This document shows, piece by piece, positions 9,184-19,518 of a DNA stretch of 32,000 nt; positions within the stretch are counted from its first letter, which is position 1, and each line of letters begins with the position of its first letter. The stretch is from Bellilinea caldifistulae (GTDB lineage: Bacteria > Chloroflexota > Anaerolineae > Anaerolineales > Anaerolineaceae): contig NZ_LGHJ01000010.1 in NCBI RefSeq assembly GCF_001306055.1, forward strand, positions 30,001 through 62,000. Direction: 5' to 3'. The notes beneath the pieces are model-generated. The model saw only the letters and a program-made list of their open reading frames with translations, had not been told where the DNA came from and made no database searches. The position numbers were made by a program, and so were the translations under genes.

Positions 9184-12114
9184 TTACTGCTCACCCTGAT
9201 TCTTCTTGTGGATCAATGGGAAGCGCAACAGTCCTTTGCGGTAAAGGTAAATACCTGCCGCCACAAGAATCAAAATCTCGGCGAGCAAAGCCCCTGCAAA
9301 ATATGGCCAGTACTTTCGTGCCCAGGATGACGCGAAGGGTGGTCTGGTGCCTTCGGATGGCGGTAAGGTGGTGGAACCGGTGGCAGTGGCGGTCACAGGG
9401 GAGGATGTAGTTTGAGGTGTGAGTGTTTCCCCTATGGCGGTGGACTGGGTCGGGTTGGGTTCGGGAGGCGGGTAACCTTCCCCGGCTGGAAGGGTGGGCG
9501 TGCCTTCACCGATCGGGTAACCATCTTGTGGGGGTGGAGTGGATTGTGGGGTCAGGCTTCGGTTGGGGGTTATGCTGCCGGTGCCTAACGGTGCGGGGTA
9601 GCCTTCCAGGGTGGGGGTGGTGGTGCCCGGCGTGCCGCCAAAAGGAGTGAAGGTGCGGGTTGGGAAGCGGGTGCGGGTAGGCGGCAAGGTGGGGGAGCGG
9701 TACACCACCGTCGGGTAGATGACCGGTGTACGGGTGCGCGTGCGGGTGGGAATGAGGGTAAAGGTTATCGTGCGGGTGGGGGTGATGGTGCCGGTCAGGG
9801 TGATGGTGGGAGTAAAGGTCAGGGTTGCGGTTGGCGAAAGTGTTGGGCTGGCAGTGAATTGAGTACCCGTCCCGGTGGGTGTGGGGGATGATGTGGCGGT
9901 GGGAGTGGACGTGGCTGTCGGGGTAGGGGTAGAAGTGGATGTGGCGGTGGGAGTGGATGTGGCTGTCGGGGTAGGGGTGACTTGCTGCGGTATTACACTG
10001 ATCACACCGCTGAAGGAGGATTCCTGGGTAGTGCTGATAATTTCCAACCGGTAATAATAGGTGGTACCGTTGGTCAAACCACTATCCACAACTTCATAAA
10101 ATGCTCCACCAATGCCGGAGCCGCGCCGCGCAATAAAGGGACTGACCCGGCTGAAGCCACCGCTTTCACTCTGACTGCGCAGCAGGTAAAAACCGGTGGT
10201 GTTCACTTCGCTGACGGTTGTCCACTGGATGGCCGCCTGAGTATCTCCGGCTATCGCCGTGAACTGGCTGAAAATGACGCTGGAAGGCAGCGGCAGTAAA
10301 CCAACCACAAACGGGGTGAAGTTCAAATCATTACTGCTGTTCGGCCGGCCGCTGCCGTCAATTGAAACTTGAATTTCTTTGAGGATGGGGTCACAAAGAG
10401 TCGTTTGACCTGTTGCTCCGCCCGCACCGCTGCCAGCCGGGTTTTGACCGGTGGTATCCCAACCATCCGTCACATTGCCGATTGGATCGTACCACCACAG
10501 CGGAATCAAAGCCGGGTTGCCGCTGCCGCAATAAGCAGTGCTTTCCACGGTAGCCGTACAGCCGCTGGTGGAATCATAGCGGAAGAACAAATCCACCAAA
10601 GTGGGTGGCGTGATCACATCGCTGGAAAGAAAAATGTCGTAATAATTCGAGCAGGCGGTCAGGCTGCCCGGCATACCGCCAGTGAAGGGCACATTGTCCG
10701 GGCTTCCAGAACCGTGATTGACCACGAAGAGGGCAAAATCACTGTCGCTTGGGGCGTGTTGAAATGCAACTTTGCCATTGCTGGTGTATGTTTTTGCAGA
10801 AGTGACGGTCACTTTTTCCGCGCTTACACCCGGGGCATTGCTGCGTGGCAAGGCCGGCGCACCCAGTTGTTTACCGGCGGTAAACGTACATTGGGAAATG
10901 GCCGTGAGCGGGTCAACCCCAAAGCCCCAGAAATTATGATCCACCTGGCCTTTGGTACTGCACTCTACTTGAAATCCGCTGCGATTGGCGTAAAAGTTGT
11001 TGGCACCCGCTTGAACGGTGCCGCTGCCGGTGCCGGCCTGCCGCCAAACGGCGTAACCGGCATTGGCAGTGATGTGGTTGAATTGAAGAATCACATCGCC
11101 GTTGTTGTCCAGAATTCTGACCGCATCCTGACCACCGGTCAGATCATTGGAAATCAAAGAGACGGTTTGGGGGCTTTCAACCTGGACAAGGGTACGGCTG
11201 GTACTGGTACAAGTGCCATCGTTGATGTTCAAGTCCCGCAAGGTAGCTCCGGCGCTGATCCGAAGCATTGGCTGGGTGCAGGTTGCTCCGAGATAGGTGA
11301 TTTGAGCGTCATTCACCCCTTGAATCGTGTGGGGCTTGTCCACCAGCACCGCATTGTTCTTGATCAGGTAATTGCCGGTTATCAAAATGGTTGCAGGCTG
11401 GGCCGGCAATGGGTGGGAGTCAATAGCGTCCTTCAATCCGGTGCCAAGTCCGGTGGGCAAATCTTCCCCGGAATTAATGTAACAGGGTGAGCTGGCCCCG
11501 CAAGCAGCCGCATCGTTGGCTACATAAATCACATCGGCGGTGGCGGTGACACTGATGCCCAAAAACGCCTGACTGGTTTGCTGCCAGCCCCCCGTCGTCC
11601 GCTCCAATGCCCGCACCAACACAGAGCCGCTGGTAGTTGCCGTGCTGCCAATCCGAAAGGAAAAATCCAGCCAGTCGCCAAATGCGCCGGCATCTAAGGT
11701 CGCCTGGGCTCCCCCCAGCAGCGTGTAACCTGCCGGGGCAATGGTACAGTTGGTGATACTGCTCTGATAGGGGCTGCCGGTGACACCACCGGTCAACCCG
11801 ATGCGTAAGTCTGCAGCCGACCAGTTAATCGGCGTATAAAGGCAGACTTGTACGTTGGTATCTGGTGGAGGCAGGTAGGCGGTCAGGTCAAAGGAAGCGC
11901 GCACATTGAGGGTCTGCCCGGCGGCACAACCAGCCGGCGGACAGGCGGCCGGTGCTTGCAGAGTTAAACTGGTGGATTGAATGGATTGGGCGCGGGTTGA
12001 TTGCGGCAGGCTGACGATGAACAAAAAGGCGACTGCAACCAGCAGGTAGCGCACGACGAAACCACGCGGATGGGTCTGCTGGAAGGGCGAGTCGGGGTTG
12101 AAAAAGATGTTCAT
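9184..12114 (-). CDS. large exported surface protein (976 aa): signal peptide, right-handed beta-helix (PbH1) region, FN3/Ig-like domain, Pro/Thr-rich linkers, C-terminal TM anchor
   Basis: The start is set at the ATG at 12114, which puts a signal peptide (RYLLVAVAFLFIVSLPQSTRA/QS) at the N-terminus. A beta-helix cap motif (CGASSPCYINSGEDL...LKDAID) is followed by repeated N-x-I/F-x-x-N turns. A WTT-SE-N-GFYLLRS...YYYRLEII beta-sandwich comes next. This is followed by roughly 190 aa rich in T/P, and a terminal hydrophobic helix (nt 9241-9303) plus a basic tail. Confidence 0.8.
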   Translation of the reverse strand: MNIFFNPDSPFQQTHPRGFVVRYLLVAVAFLFIVSLPQSTRAQSIQSTSLTLQAPAACPPAGCAAGQTLNVRASFDLTAYLPPPDTNVQVCLYTPINWSAADLRIGLTGGVTGSPYQSSITNCTIAPAGYTLLGGAQATLDAGAFGDWLDFSFRIGSTATTSGSVLVRALERTTGGWQQTSQAFLGISVTATADVIYVANDAAACGASSPCYINSGEDLPTGLGTGLKDAIDSHPLPAQPATILITGNYLIKNNAVLVDKPHTIQGVNDAQITYLGATCTQPMLRISAGATLRDLNINDGTCTSTSRTLVQVESPQTVSLISNDLTGGQDAVRILDNNGDVILQFNHITANAGYAVWRQAGTGSGTVQAGANNFYANRSGFQVECSTKGQVDHNFWGFGVDPLTAISQCTFTAGKQLGAPALPRSNAPGVSAEKVTVTSAKTYTSNGKVAFQHAPSDSDFALFVVNHGSGSPDNVPFTGGMPGSLTACSNYYDIFLSSDVITPPTLVDLFFRYDSTSGCTATVESTAYCGSGNPALIPLWWYDPIGNVTDGWDTTGQNPAGSGAGGATGQTTLCDPILKEIQVSIDGSGRPNSSNDLNFTPFVVGLLPLPSSVIFSQFTAIAGDTQAAIQWTTVSEVNTTGFYLLRSQSESGGFSRVSPFIARRGSGIGGAFYEVVDSGLTNGTTYYYRLEIISTTQESSFSGVISVIPQQVTPTPTATSTPTATSTSTPTPTATSTPTATSSPTPTGTGTQFTASPTLSPTATLTFTPTITLTGTITPTRTITFTLIPTRTRTRTPVIYPTVVYRSPTLPPTRTRFPTRTFTPFGGTPGTTTPTLEGYPAPLGTGSITPNRSLTPQSTPPPQDGYPIGEGTPTLPAGEGYPPPEPNPTQSTAIGETLTPQTTSSPVTATATGSTTLPPSEGTRPPFASSWARKYWPYFAGALLAEILILVAAGIYLYRKGLLRFPLIHKKNQGEQ
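9890..9977. repeat. 48-bp tandem duplication inside the Pro/Thr linker-coding region
   Basis: The 40-mer atgtggcggtgggagtgga(c/t)gtggctgtcggggtaggggt occurs at 9890-9929 and at 9938-9977 with a single mismatch. It encodes the repeated PTPTATSTPTATS(T/S). Confidence 0.85.
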
Positions 12115-12165
12115 CAAATGCCTTGAAAAAAAGGATAATCGGCTGGGCGGGGTTGAATTGTTTTG

Positions 12166-12195
12166 ATTATACCGTTCCCATTGTACAAAAATCAA
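12166..12195 (-). promoter_or_regulatory. sigma70-type promoter for the surface-protein gene (TTGATT-18 nt-TATAAT on the minus strand)
   Basis: The forward attata at 12166-12171 and aatcaa at 12190-12195 have 18-nt spacing. The element is about 50 nt upstream of the ATG at 12114. Confidence 0.45.
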
Positions 12196-12249
12196 ACCAT
12201 CAACGTGAGATTTTTCATGGAGGTATTTTTGGAAATTACCTCTGCGGCC

Positions 12250-12987
12250 TCAGTGAAGGACTTTACTCAAAAAGGCTTTGGTGCGTTCTTGTTTGGGATT
12301 GGAGAACAAAACATCCGGCGGGGCTTCCTCGACAATCTGGCCATCATCCATCAAGATGGCGCGGTGAGCGGCAGCACGCGCAAAGCCCATCTCATGGGAG
12401 ACGACCACCATGGTCATGCCCTCACGCGCCAGGGCAAGCATGACATCCAGTACTTCTTGAATCATCTCCGGATCAAGCGCGCTGGTGGGTTCATCAAACA
12501 GCATGATTTTCGGGTTCATCGCCAGCGCACGGGCAATTGCCACCCGTTGCTGCTGTCCGCCCGATAACTGAATCGGGTAGTTGTGGGCTTTATCGGGGAT
12601 GCCGACTTTGTGCAACAAGTCCAGCGCAATGCGGGTGGCTTCCTCTTTGCTGCGCTTGCGCACAATCCGCTGAGCCAGCAGGATATTTTCCAACACCGTC
12701 AGATGCGGAAAGAGGTTGAACTGCTGGAAAACCATGCCCACCTCTGTGCGGACGGCGTTGATGTTGGCGGCTGTATCCAGAGGAATGCCGTCCACCACAA
12801 TCCTGCCTTCGTCGAATTCTTCCAGCCGGTTAATGCAGCGCAGCAAGGTGGATTTCCCCGACCCCGAAGGGCCGATGATCACGATCACTTCGCCTTTGTA
12901 CACATCCAGATTGACGCCGCGCAAGGCGTGGACATTCCCAAAGCGTTTGTGAACATTTTCAATGTGGATGATGGGTTCAGAGGTCAT
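12250..12987 (-). CDS. polar amino acid ABC transporter ATP-binding protein (GlnQ/HisP-like)
   Basis: It has Walker [10 protein letters not shown], the signature [15 protein letters not shown], Walker [12 protein letters not shown] and the H-loop SHEMGFA. The length and sequence are typical of the PAAT family. Confidence 0.93.
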   Translation of the reverse strand: MTSEPIIHIENVHKRFGNVHALRGVNLDVYKGEVIVIIGPSGSGKSTLLRCINRLEEFDEGRIVVDGIPLDTAANINAVRTEVGMVFQQFNLFPHLTVLENILLAQRIVRKRSKEEATRIALDLLHKVGIPDKAHNYPIQLSGGQQQRVAIARALAMNPKIMLFDEPTSALDPEMIQEVLDVMLALAREGMTMVVVSHEMGFARAAAHRAILMDDGQIVEEAPPDVLFSNPKQERTKAFLSKVLH

Positions 12988-12992
12988 CAGGC

Positions 12993-13796
12993 TTACCTCT
13001 CGATTTTGGTTTTTTGTTCAATGTAGTGAACAACCCGCGCCGAAATAAGGGTCATCACCAGATAAAGTAAAGATACCATGATCCACGGCTGAATCGGGAT
13101 GAAATTGGATGCCATGAATTCACGTCCACGGCGGGTGAGGTCGGAGACGGCAACCACGCTGATCAGGGAGGTGTCCTTCAGCAGGGTGATGAATTCATTT
13201 CCAACCGGCGGCAGGATGACGCGGATGGCTTGCGGAAGTATGACGTAACGCATGGCTTGAAAGTAGGTCATTCCCAAACTGCGGGCGGCTTCCATCTGAC
13301 CTTTGGGAATGCTCTGAATGCCGGCCCGGTACACTTCGCTCATGTAGGCAGCATAACAGATGGTCAAACCGAGGATTGCCATAAAATTTGGGTCGGCTTT
13401 GTAGTTGATTAACGCCGGACTGTTCAGGGAAGTTCCCAAATTTTGAATAATGGGAGGGAAGGCGAAATACCAGAAGAGCAGCTGTACCAGCACCGGAATG
13501 CCGCGAATGATTTCCACATAAATGGTGAAAATGCCGCGCAATAACCATAATTTCGATAAGCGCGCCAGTGCGACCACCAGTCCCAGAATTAGCACCAGCA
13601 CGAAAGAAATCATCGTTGTTCGCAGGGTGACCCACACCCCATCTTGAACAAAAATGAGAATACGCTGATACGGATTGGGTTGAGCGATGACCAGAATCAC
13701 AATTAAAGCGATGACGGCAAATACCAGCAGCCACCACTGGTCTATGCTGGTTTTGCGTGCGTTTGGGCTTGCCTGGGAGGGGTTAGCCGTTTGCAT
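12993..13796 (-). CDS. polar amino acid ABC transporter permease (His/Glu/Gln/Arg/opine family)
   Basis: It carries an EAA-loop-like motif ([22 protein letters not shown]) and is multi-helix. The gap to the ATPase gene is 5 nt. Confidence 0.9.
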   Translation of the reverse strand: MQTANPSQASPNARKTSIDQWWLLVFAVIALIVILVIAQPNPYQRILIFVQDGVWVTLRTTMISFVLVLILGLVVALARLSKLWLLRGIFTIYVEIIRGIPVLVQLLFWYFAFPPIIQNLGTSLNSPALINYKADPNFMAILGLTICYAAYMSEVYRAGIQSIPKGQMEAARSLGMTYFQAMRYVILPQAIRVILPPVGNEFITLLKDTSLISVVAVSDLTRRGREFMASNFIPIQPWIMVSLLYLVMTLISARVVHYIEQKTKIER

Positions 13797-13837
13797 GCTG
13801 GGGTATCTCCTCGAAAAACGAATCCAATTTCATGGGG

Positions 13838-13894
13838 GAGTTCAACAAAGCACGGGCAGCGGCGGTTGTGAAAAATCCTGCCATCTGCCCGTGC
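13838..13894 (-). terminator. intra-operon stem-loop (partial terminator/attenuator) between the binding-protein and permease genes
   Basis: A perfect 10-bp inverted repeat, gcacgggcag (13850-13859) and ctgcccgtgc (13885-13894), is followed on the minus strand by TTTGTTG. Confidence 0.4.
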
Positions 13895-13919
13895 CGATCA
13901 ATTTCACCATAGATGGGGG

Positions 13920-14762
13920 CTATTCACCCACCAGCCACTTCATTTCAAGTTCGGAAATAACCCCTTCGTTTTTGAGCTGAGCCAGGGCTGCGTTGATTGG
14001 CGCAATCAGGTCTTCACGGTTCTTGCAGATCGCGATTCCGTAGGATTCATCGGTGAAGACTTCGCCGACGGTGGTCAATTTTTCCGGATTTTGACCAATG
14101 AATCCGAGGGCAGTGGGGTAGTCCGCTATCACGGCATCCACCTGACCGTTCGCCAGATCGAGGAAGGCCAGATCATAGGTGTCATACGGTTTGTAGTTGA
14201 CATTGGCAATCTTGCGGGCTTCAATTTCGCCGGTTGTTCCCAGTTGAGCGGCGACGGTCTTGCCTGCCAAATCGTCTTTGGATTTGATGGTTTCATCCCC
14301 TTTACGGATGACCACAATCTGACCGGCGTTGATGTAGGGATCGGAAAAGAGCATTTGCTGCTTGCGATCATCGGTGATGGTAATGGCAGCAATTGCCAGA
14401 TCAAACTGGCACTGCGCCAGCCCGGCCAGCACCGAATCAAACGGCAGGTTGCTCCATTCGAGTTGGAAGCCGGCTTTTTCGGCAATAGCCTTCATCAACT
14501 CTACATCAAAGCCGGTCAATTCCTTGGTAGCCTCATCCACAATCTCAAAGGGTGGGAAAGTAGCGTCGGTCGCTACCCGGATCGTTGCCGTGGATGGGGC
14601 GGGATAGGCTTCCTGTTGCGGCGGGGCAGTTGGCTGGGGTGGCTGCTCGACCGGATACCCTTCCTGCGGAGCAGGGGTGGGGGTGGGTGATGGCTGGCAG
14701 GCGCCTAGCACCAGAGCAGCCAGAAACAATGCGGACAGAATCAAATAAACTGAGCGTTTCAC
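13920..14762 (-). CDS. amino acid ABC transporter substrate-binding lipoprotein (280 aa)
   Basis: GTG start at 14762 with GGAGGAG 5 nt upstream. It has a lipobox (LVLGAC), then a P/Q/T-rich linker, then a type-3 SBP domain (FPPFE, GFDVEL, ITDDR, SDPY). Confidence 0.85.
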   Translation of the reverse strand: MKRSVYLILSALFLAALVLGACQPSPTPTPAPQEGYPVEQPPQPTAPPQQEAYPAPSTATIRVATDATFPPFEIVDEATKELTGFDVELMKAIAEKAGFQLEWSNLPFDSVLAGLAQCQFDLAIAAITITDDRKQQMLFSDPYINAGQIVVIRKGDETIKSKDDLAGKTVAAQLGTTGEIEARKIANVNYKPYDTYDLAFLDLANGQVDAVIADYPTALGFIGQNPEKLTTVGEVFTDESYGIAICKNREDLIAPINAALAQLKNEGVISELEMKWLVGE

Positions 14763-14846
14763 GTTTCTCCTCCTGCAAATTGTTGATGTGGGGATCTTGG
14801 CTTGAGCGTGTTTTTGACTCACACAATCGCCATCAATTACTTTTTT

Positions 14847-14855
14847 ATTATACCA
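14847..14855 (-). promoter_or_regulatory. extended -10 promoter element (TGGTATAAT on the minus strand) for the amino-acid ABC operon
   Basis: The forward attatacca at 14847-14855 lies about 85 nt upstream of the GTG at 14762. Confidence 0.45.
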
Positions 14856-14904
14856 TGCCCCTGATTTGGCTCTGCTGCCCCTGCTGATTGATGAATTGTT
14901 CAGG

Positions 14905-14910
14905 TATAAT
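14905..14910 (+). promoter_or_regulatory. -10 box TATAAT immediately upstream of the flippase-like gene
   Basis: TATAAT ends 7 nt before the ATG at 14918. There is no usable SD and no good -35. Confidence 0.35.
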
Positions 14911-14917
14911 CGGGGGC

Positions 14918-15946
14918 ATGTCCGGTAAAACGAGTCCAAACCTTTCAACCAGTAAATCCTCGGTCGTCCGGAAAATGGTACCCGGTTTGTTGTTGGGGAT
15001 TGTGGTCATGGTTGTCCTGACGCTGCTGGGAGATGTGCGGGAGGTCGGTGCGCTTTTACAGGCCTTCGACTGGCGGATTTTTCCGCTGGCGTTGTTGTTT
15101 ACGCTCTTTAATTACACCCTGCGTTTTCTGAAATGGCAGTATTATCTGCATCAGGTTGGGGTGCGGGAGTTCAACTGGCGGCGTAGTCTGCAAATTTTTG
15201 TGGCGGGATTTCCGCTGGCGGTAACTCCCGGCAAGGTTGGAGAGATTTTCAAAGGCATCTGGCTGGAGCAGCAGACCGGCCTGCCGGTGGCGCGCGGCGT
15301 TTCGCTGATTGTTGCGGAGCGGGTCAGTGACGGTCTGGCGGTGTTAATGCTCTCAGTTCTGGGGGTAATCGCGCATCCTCAATACTGGCCGGCATTTGGC
15401 GTGATTTTTGGTATTCTGCTGGCAGGGATTATCATTTCTCAAATTCGACCGCTGGCATTGGGAATTTTAGCTTTCGCCGAGCGTTTGCCGCTGATCGGCA
15501 AGGCCGTACCGGCACTGCGCGAGTTTTATGAGGGCAGTTTCGTCCTCTTTCGTCCACAAGCAGCCCTGATGGGGGTGGGATTGGGAACGATTTCGTGGTT
15601 TGGCGAGGGAATTGGTTTTTATTTCATCCTGACCGGATTAGGGATGCCCGCCAATCTGGACACTTTTTCGAATGCGGTTTTCATACTGGCTTTTTCAACG
15701 GTGGTTGGGGCAGTATCCGCATTGCCGGGCGGTTTGGGCGCTTCGGAAGCCTCGATAGCCGGTATGCTGGTTCTGGTCGGTGGAGCGGCACCGGCTATCG
15801 CCTCAGCCGCAACGGTGATCATCCGTCTGGCCACGCTGTGGTTTGGGGTGACTCTTGGCCTGATTACCTGGGCATTTTCCACCCGTCTGCTCAATTTACA
15901 GGAAGAACCAGCCTTGCCCGCCAATCGGGTTGCAGAGGTGGAGTAA
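14918..15946 (+). CDS. flippase-like / lysylphosphatidylglycerol-synthase TM-region family (UPF0104) membrane protein
   Basis: A multi-helix protein with family-typical features: an N-terminal basic stretch then LLLGIVV, NYTLRFLKWQ, PGKVGE. The start is ambiguous (TTG 14888, ATG 14891 or ATG 14918). Confidence 0.75.
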   Translation: MSGKTSPNLSTSKSSVVRKMVPGLLLGIVVMVVLTLLGDVREVGALLQAFDWRIFPLALLFTLFNYTLRFLKWQYYLHQVGVREFNWRRSLQIFVAGFPLAVTPGKVGEIFKGIWLEQQTGLPVARGVSLIVAERVSDGLAVLMLSVLGVIAHPQYWPAFGVIFGILLAGIIISQIRPLALGILAFAERLPLIGKAVPALREFYEGSFVLFRPQAALMGVGLGTISWFGEGIGFYFILTGLGMPANLDTFSNAVFILAFSTVVGAVSALPGGLGASEASIAGMLVLVGGAAPAIASAATVIIRLATLWFGVTLGLITWAFSTRLLNLQEEPALPANRVAEVE

Positions 15947-15958
15947 TCCGCTTTGATT

Positions 15959-17824
15959 TCAATCCAGCATGGTTTTCAATGCCAGGGCGGTTTCTTCATT
16001 AATGCCCTTGACGCTCATCAATTCTTCCAGGCTAGCCTGCTGAATGGCTTCGATGCTGCCGAATTTTTGCAGAAGGGCTTTTCGCCGCGCCGGACCGATG
16101 CCGGGAACGGCATCCAGCCGCGAAGCCAGCCCGGCTTTACCGCGTCGGTTGCGATGGGCGGTAATCGCAAAGCGGTGGGCTTCATCCCGAATACGTTGAA
16201 TCAGAAACAAAGCCTGCGAGTGACGCGGCAGTAAGAGCGATTCTTTTTGGCCGGGTCGAAAGATTTCCTCCTGCTGTTTAGCCAGACCAACGACCGTAAC
16301 TCTATCTTCCAATTCAAAAGATTGCAGGACGGCTACCGCCCGGGAAAGCTGCCCTTTGCCGCCATCTACTATCAACAAATCCGGCAGGAAGGCAAAAGCC
16401 GGGTCCAGTTTACTACCGGGGGCTTCACGTTCCTGTTGAGCAGATAGATAGCGCCGGAAACGGCGGGTGAGCACCTCCTCCATGCTGGCAAAATCATCCG
16501 GCCCGCTGACTGTTTGAATGTTGAAGCGGCGGTAAAGCGACTTACGAGGAATGCCCTGTTCAAAGACCACCATGCTGCCCACGGCTGCCGTTCCCTGTGT
16601 GTTGGAGATGTCGTAACATTCGATGCGATTGGGCGGCTCTGGTAGTCCGAGGGCTTCCTGCAATTCGGCCAGCGCTTGGGATTGGCGGTTGGTATCGGCT
16701 TCCCACTGAGCTTTTAGTGCCCGCAAGGTCTCCACGGCATTTTCGGTGGCCATTTGCAGCAATTCCTGGGGCGGCCCGTTGCGCGGAACAATCAATTCAA
16801 CCTTTTCACCGCCGCGCCGGTTATGAAGCCACTGGCTGATAATTTGGGCTTCTTCTACTTCTTGAGGCAGTAAAACTTGCTGGGGAATGCTGGCAGCTTC
16901 GGAATAAAACTGTTTGATGAATTCCTCGATGACCTCTTTGTCAGGCTCGCCCATCGCCCCTTCGAGGATGAAATACTCGCGGCCGATCAACTTTCCTTGA
17001 CGAATGAAGAACACCTGAACGCAGGCTTCCCCATTATCGCGGGCAATTGCAATCACATCCGAGTCGATTTGCTCGTTGTTGATGACTTTCTGTTTTTCCA
17101 CCACGCGTTCAATGGCAAAAATCTGATCTCGCAGGGCAGCCGCCCGTTCGAAATGGAGTTCTTCGGCGGCCTGTTCCATCTCGCTGCGCAGACGCTCGAC
17201 AATTGGGGCAGTGCGACCTTCCAGAAATTCACACAGGTCGCTGATCATTTGACGGTAGGATGTCTGACTGATCGCACCGATGCACGGCCCGCTGCACAGT
17301 TTGATGTCATAGTACAGGCAGGGGCGCTCGTCCTTACCGGTAATGACCCGGTCGCAGGTCAGGTAAGGGAAAATTCGCCGCAGCACATCCAGGGTTTGAT
17401 GCACAGCCCAGACACTGGTGTAGGGTCCAAAATAGCGGGATCCATCCCGCACCATTTGACGGGTGACGGTTACTTTTGGAAAAGGATCGGCCCAGTGTAC
17501 CTTGATGTAGGGGTAACGCTTATCATCTTTAAGGCGGATGTTGTAGCGCGGCCGATATTTTTTGATCAGATTCATCTCAAGGATCAGGGCTTCCAGTTCG
17601 GAGCCAACCACAATCCACTCAATATCGCGGATGCGCTGAACCAGCTGGCGGGTTTTGAGATCCTGATCCTGTCCGCTGTGGAAGTAAGAGCGCACGCGGT
17701 TGCGCAGATTGATTGCCTTGCCGACATAAATCACCTGTCCCTCGGCATCCTTCATCAGGTAGCAGCCGGGCTTGGTCGGCAGGGTGTCTAAAACTCCCTG
17801 AAGGTGGGCGTTCAATTCAACCAT
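15959..17824 (-). CDS. uvrC: excinuclease ABC subunit C
   Basis: 621 aa. It has an N-terminal GIY-YIG domain (PGCYLMKDAEGQVIYVGKAINLRNRVRSYF), a UvrB-interacting region, an endonuclease V-like domain and a C-terminal (HhH)2 (PGIGPARRKALLQKFGS). Confidence 0.96.
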   Translation of the reverse strand: MVELNAHLQGVLDTLPTKPGCYLMKDAEGQVIYVGKAINLRNRVRSYFHSGQDQDLKTRQLVQRIRDIEWIVVGSELEALILEMNLIKKYRPRYNIRLKDDKRYPYIKVHWADPFPKVTVTRQMVRDGSRYFGPYTSVWAVHQTLDVLRRIFPYLTCDRVITGKDERPCLYYDIKLCSGPCIGAISQTSYRQMISDLCEFLEGRTAPIVERLRSEMEQAAEELHFERAAALRDQIFAIERVVEKQKVINNEQIDSDVIAIARDNGEACVQVFFIRQGKLIGREYFILEGAMGEPDKEVIEEFIKQFYSEAASIPQQVLLPQEVEEAQIISQWLHNRRGGEKVELIVPRNGPPQELLQMATENAVETLRALKAQWEADTNRQSQALAELQEALGLPEPPNRIECYDISNTQGTAAVGSMVVFEQGIPRKSLYRRFNIQTVSGPDDFASMEEVLTRRFRRYLSAQQEREAPGSKLDPAFAFLPDLLIVDGGKGQLSRAVAVLQSFELEDRVTVVGLAKQQEEIFRPGQKESLLLPRHSQALFLIQRIRDEAHRFAITAHRNRRGKAGLASRLDAVPGIGPARRKALLQKFGSIEAIQQASLEELMSVKGINEETALALKTMLD

Positions 17825-17833
17825 TTGTTCTAT

Positions 17834-17839
17834 ATTTTA
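17834..17839 (-). promoter_or_regulatory. -10-like TAAAAT in the 17-nt spacer upstream of uvrC
   Basis: The forward atttta at 17834-17839 is 9 nt from the ATG at 17824. The spacer AGTAAAATATAGAACAA has no SD. Confidence 0.3.
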
Positions 17840-17841
17840 CT

Positions 17842-19518
<1,677 letters not shown>

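Noticed and set aside
10369-11490. A 373-aa ORF on the plus strand.
   Set aside because: It lies entirely antisense to the beta-helix region of the surface-protein gene. Its composition is biased (A/G/R-rich), as expected for the reverse frame of a GC-rich gene. It has no SD and no recognisable domain.
12220-12242. A 6-bp hairpin (GAGGTA/TACCTC) just after the ABC ATPase stop codon, considered as a terminator.
   Set aside because: The stem is short, the loop is 11 nt, and no U-run follows on the minus strand. The evidence is insufficient.
16877-17791. A 304-aa plus-strand ORF (similar cases at 4353-4931, 2458-2997 and 14091-14690).
   Set aside because: All of these lie antisense within strongly conserved genes (uvrC, gyrB, the Ldh2-family gene, the binding-protein gene) and have no recognisable motifs. 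They are shadow ORFs.
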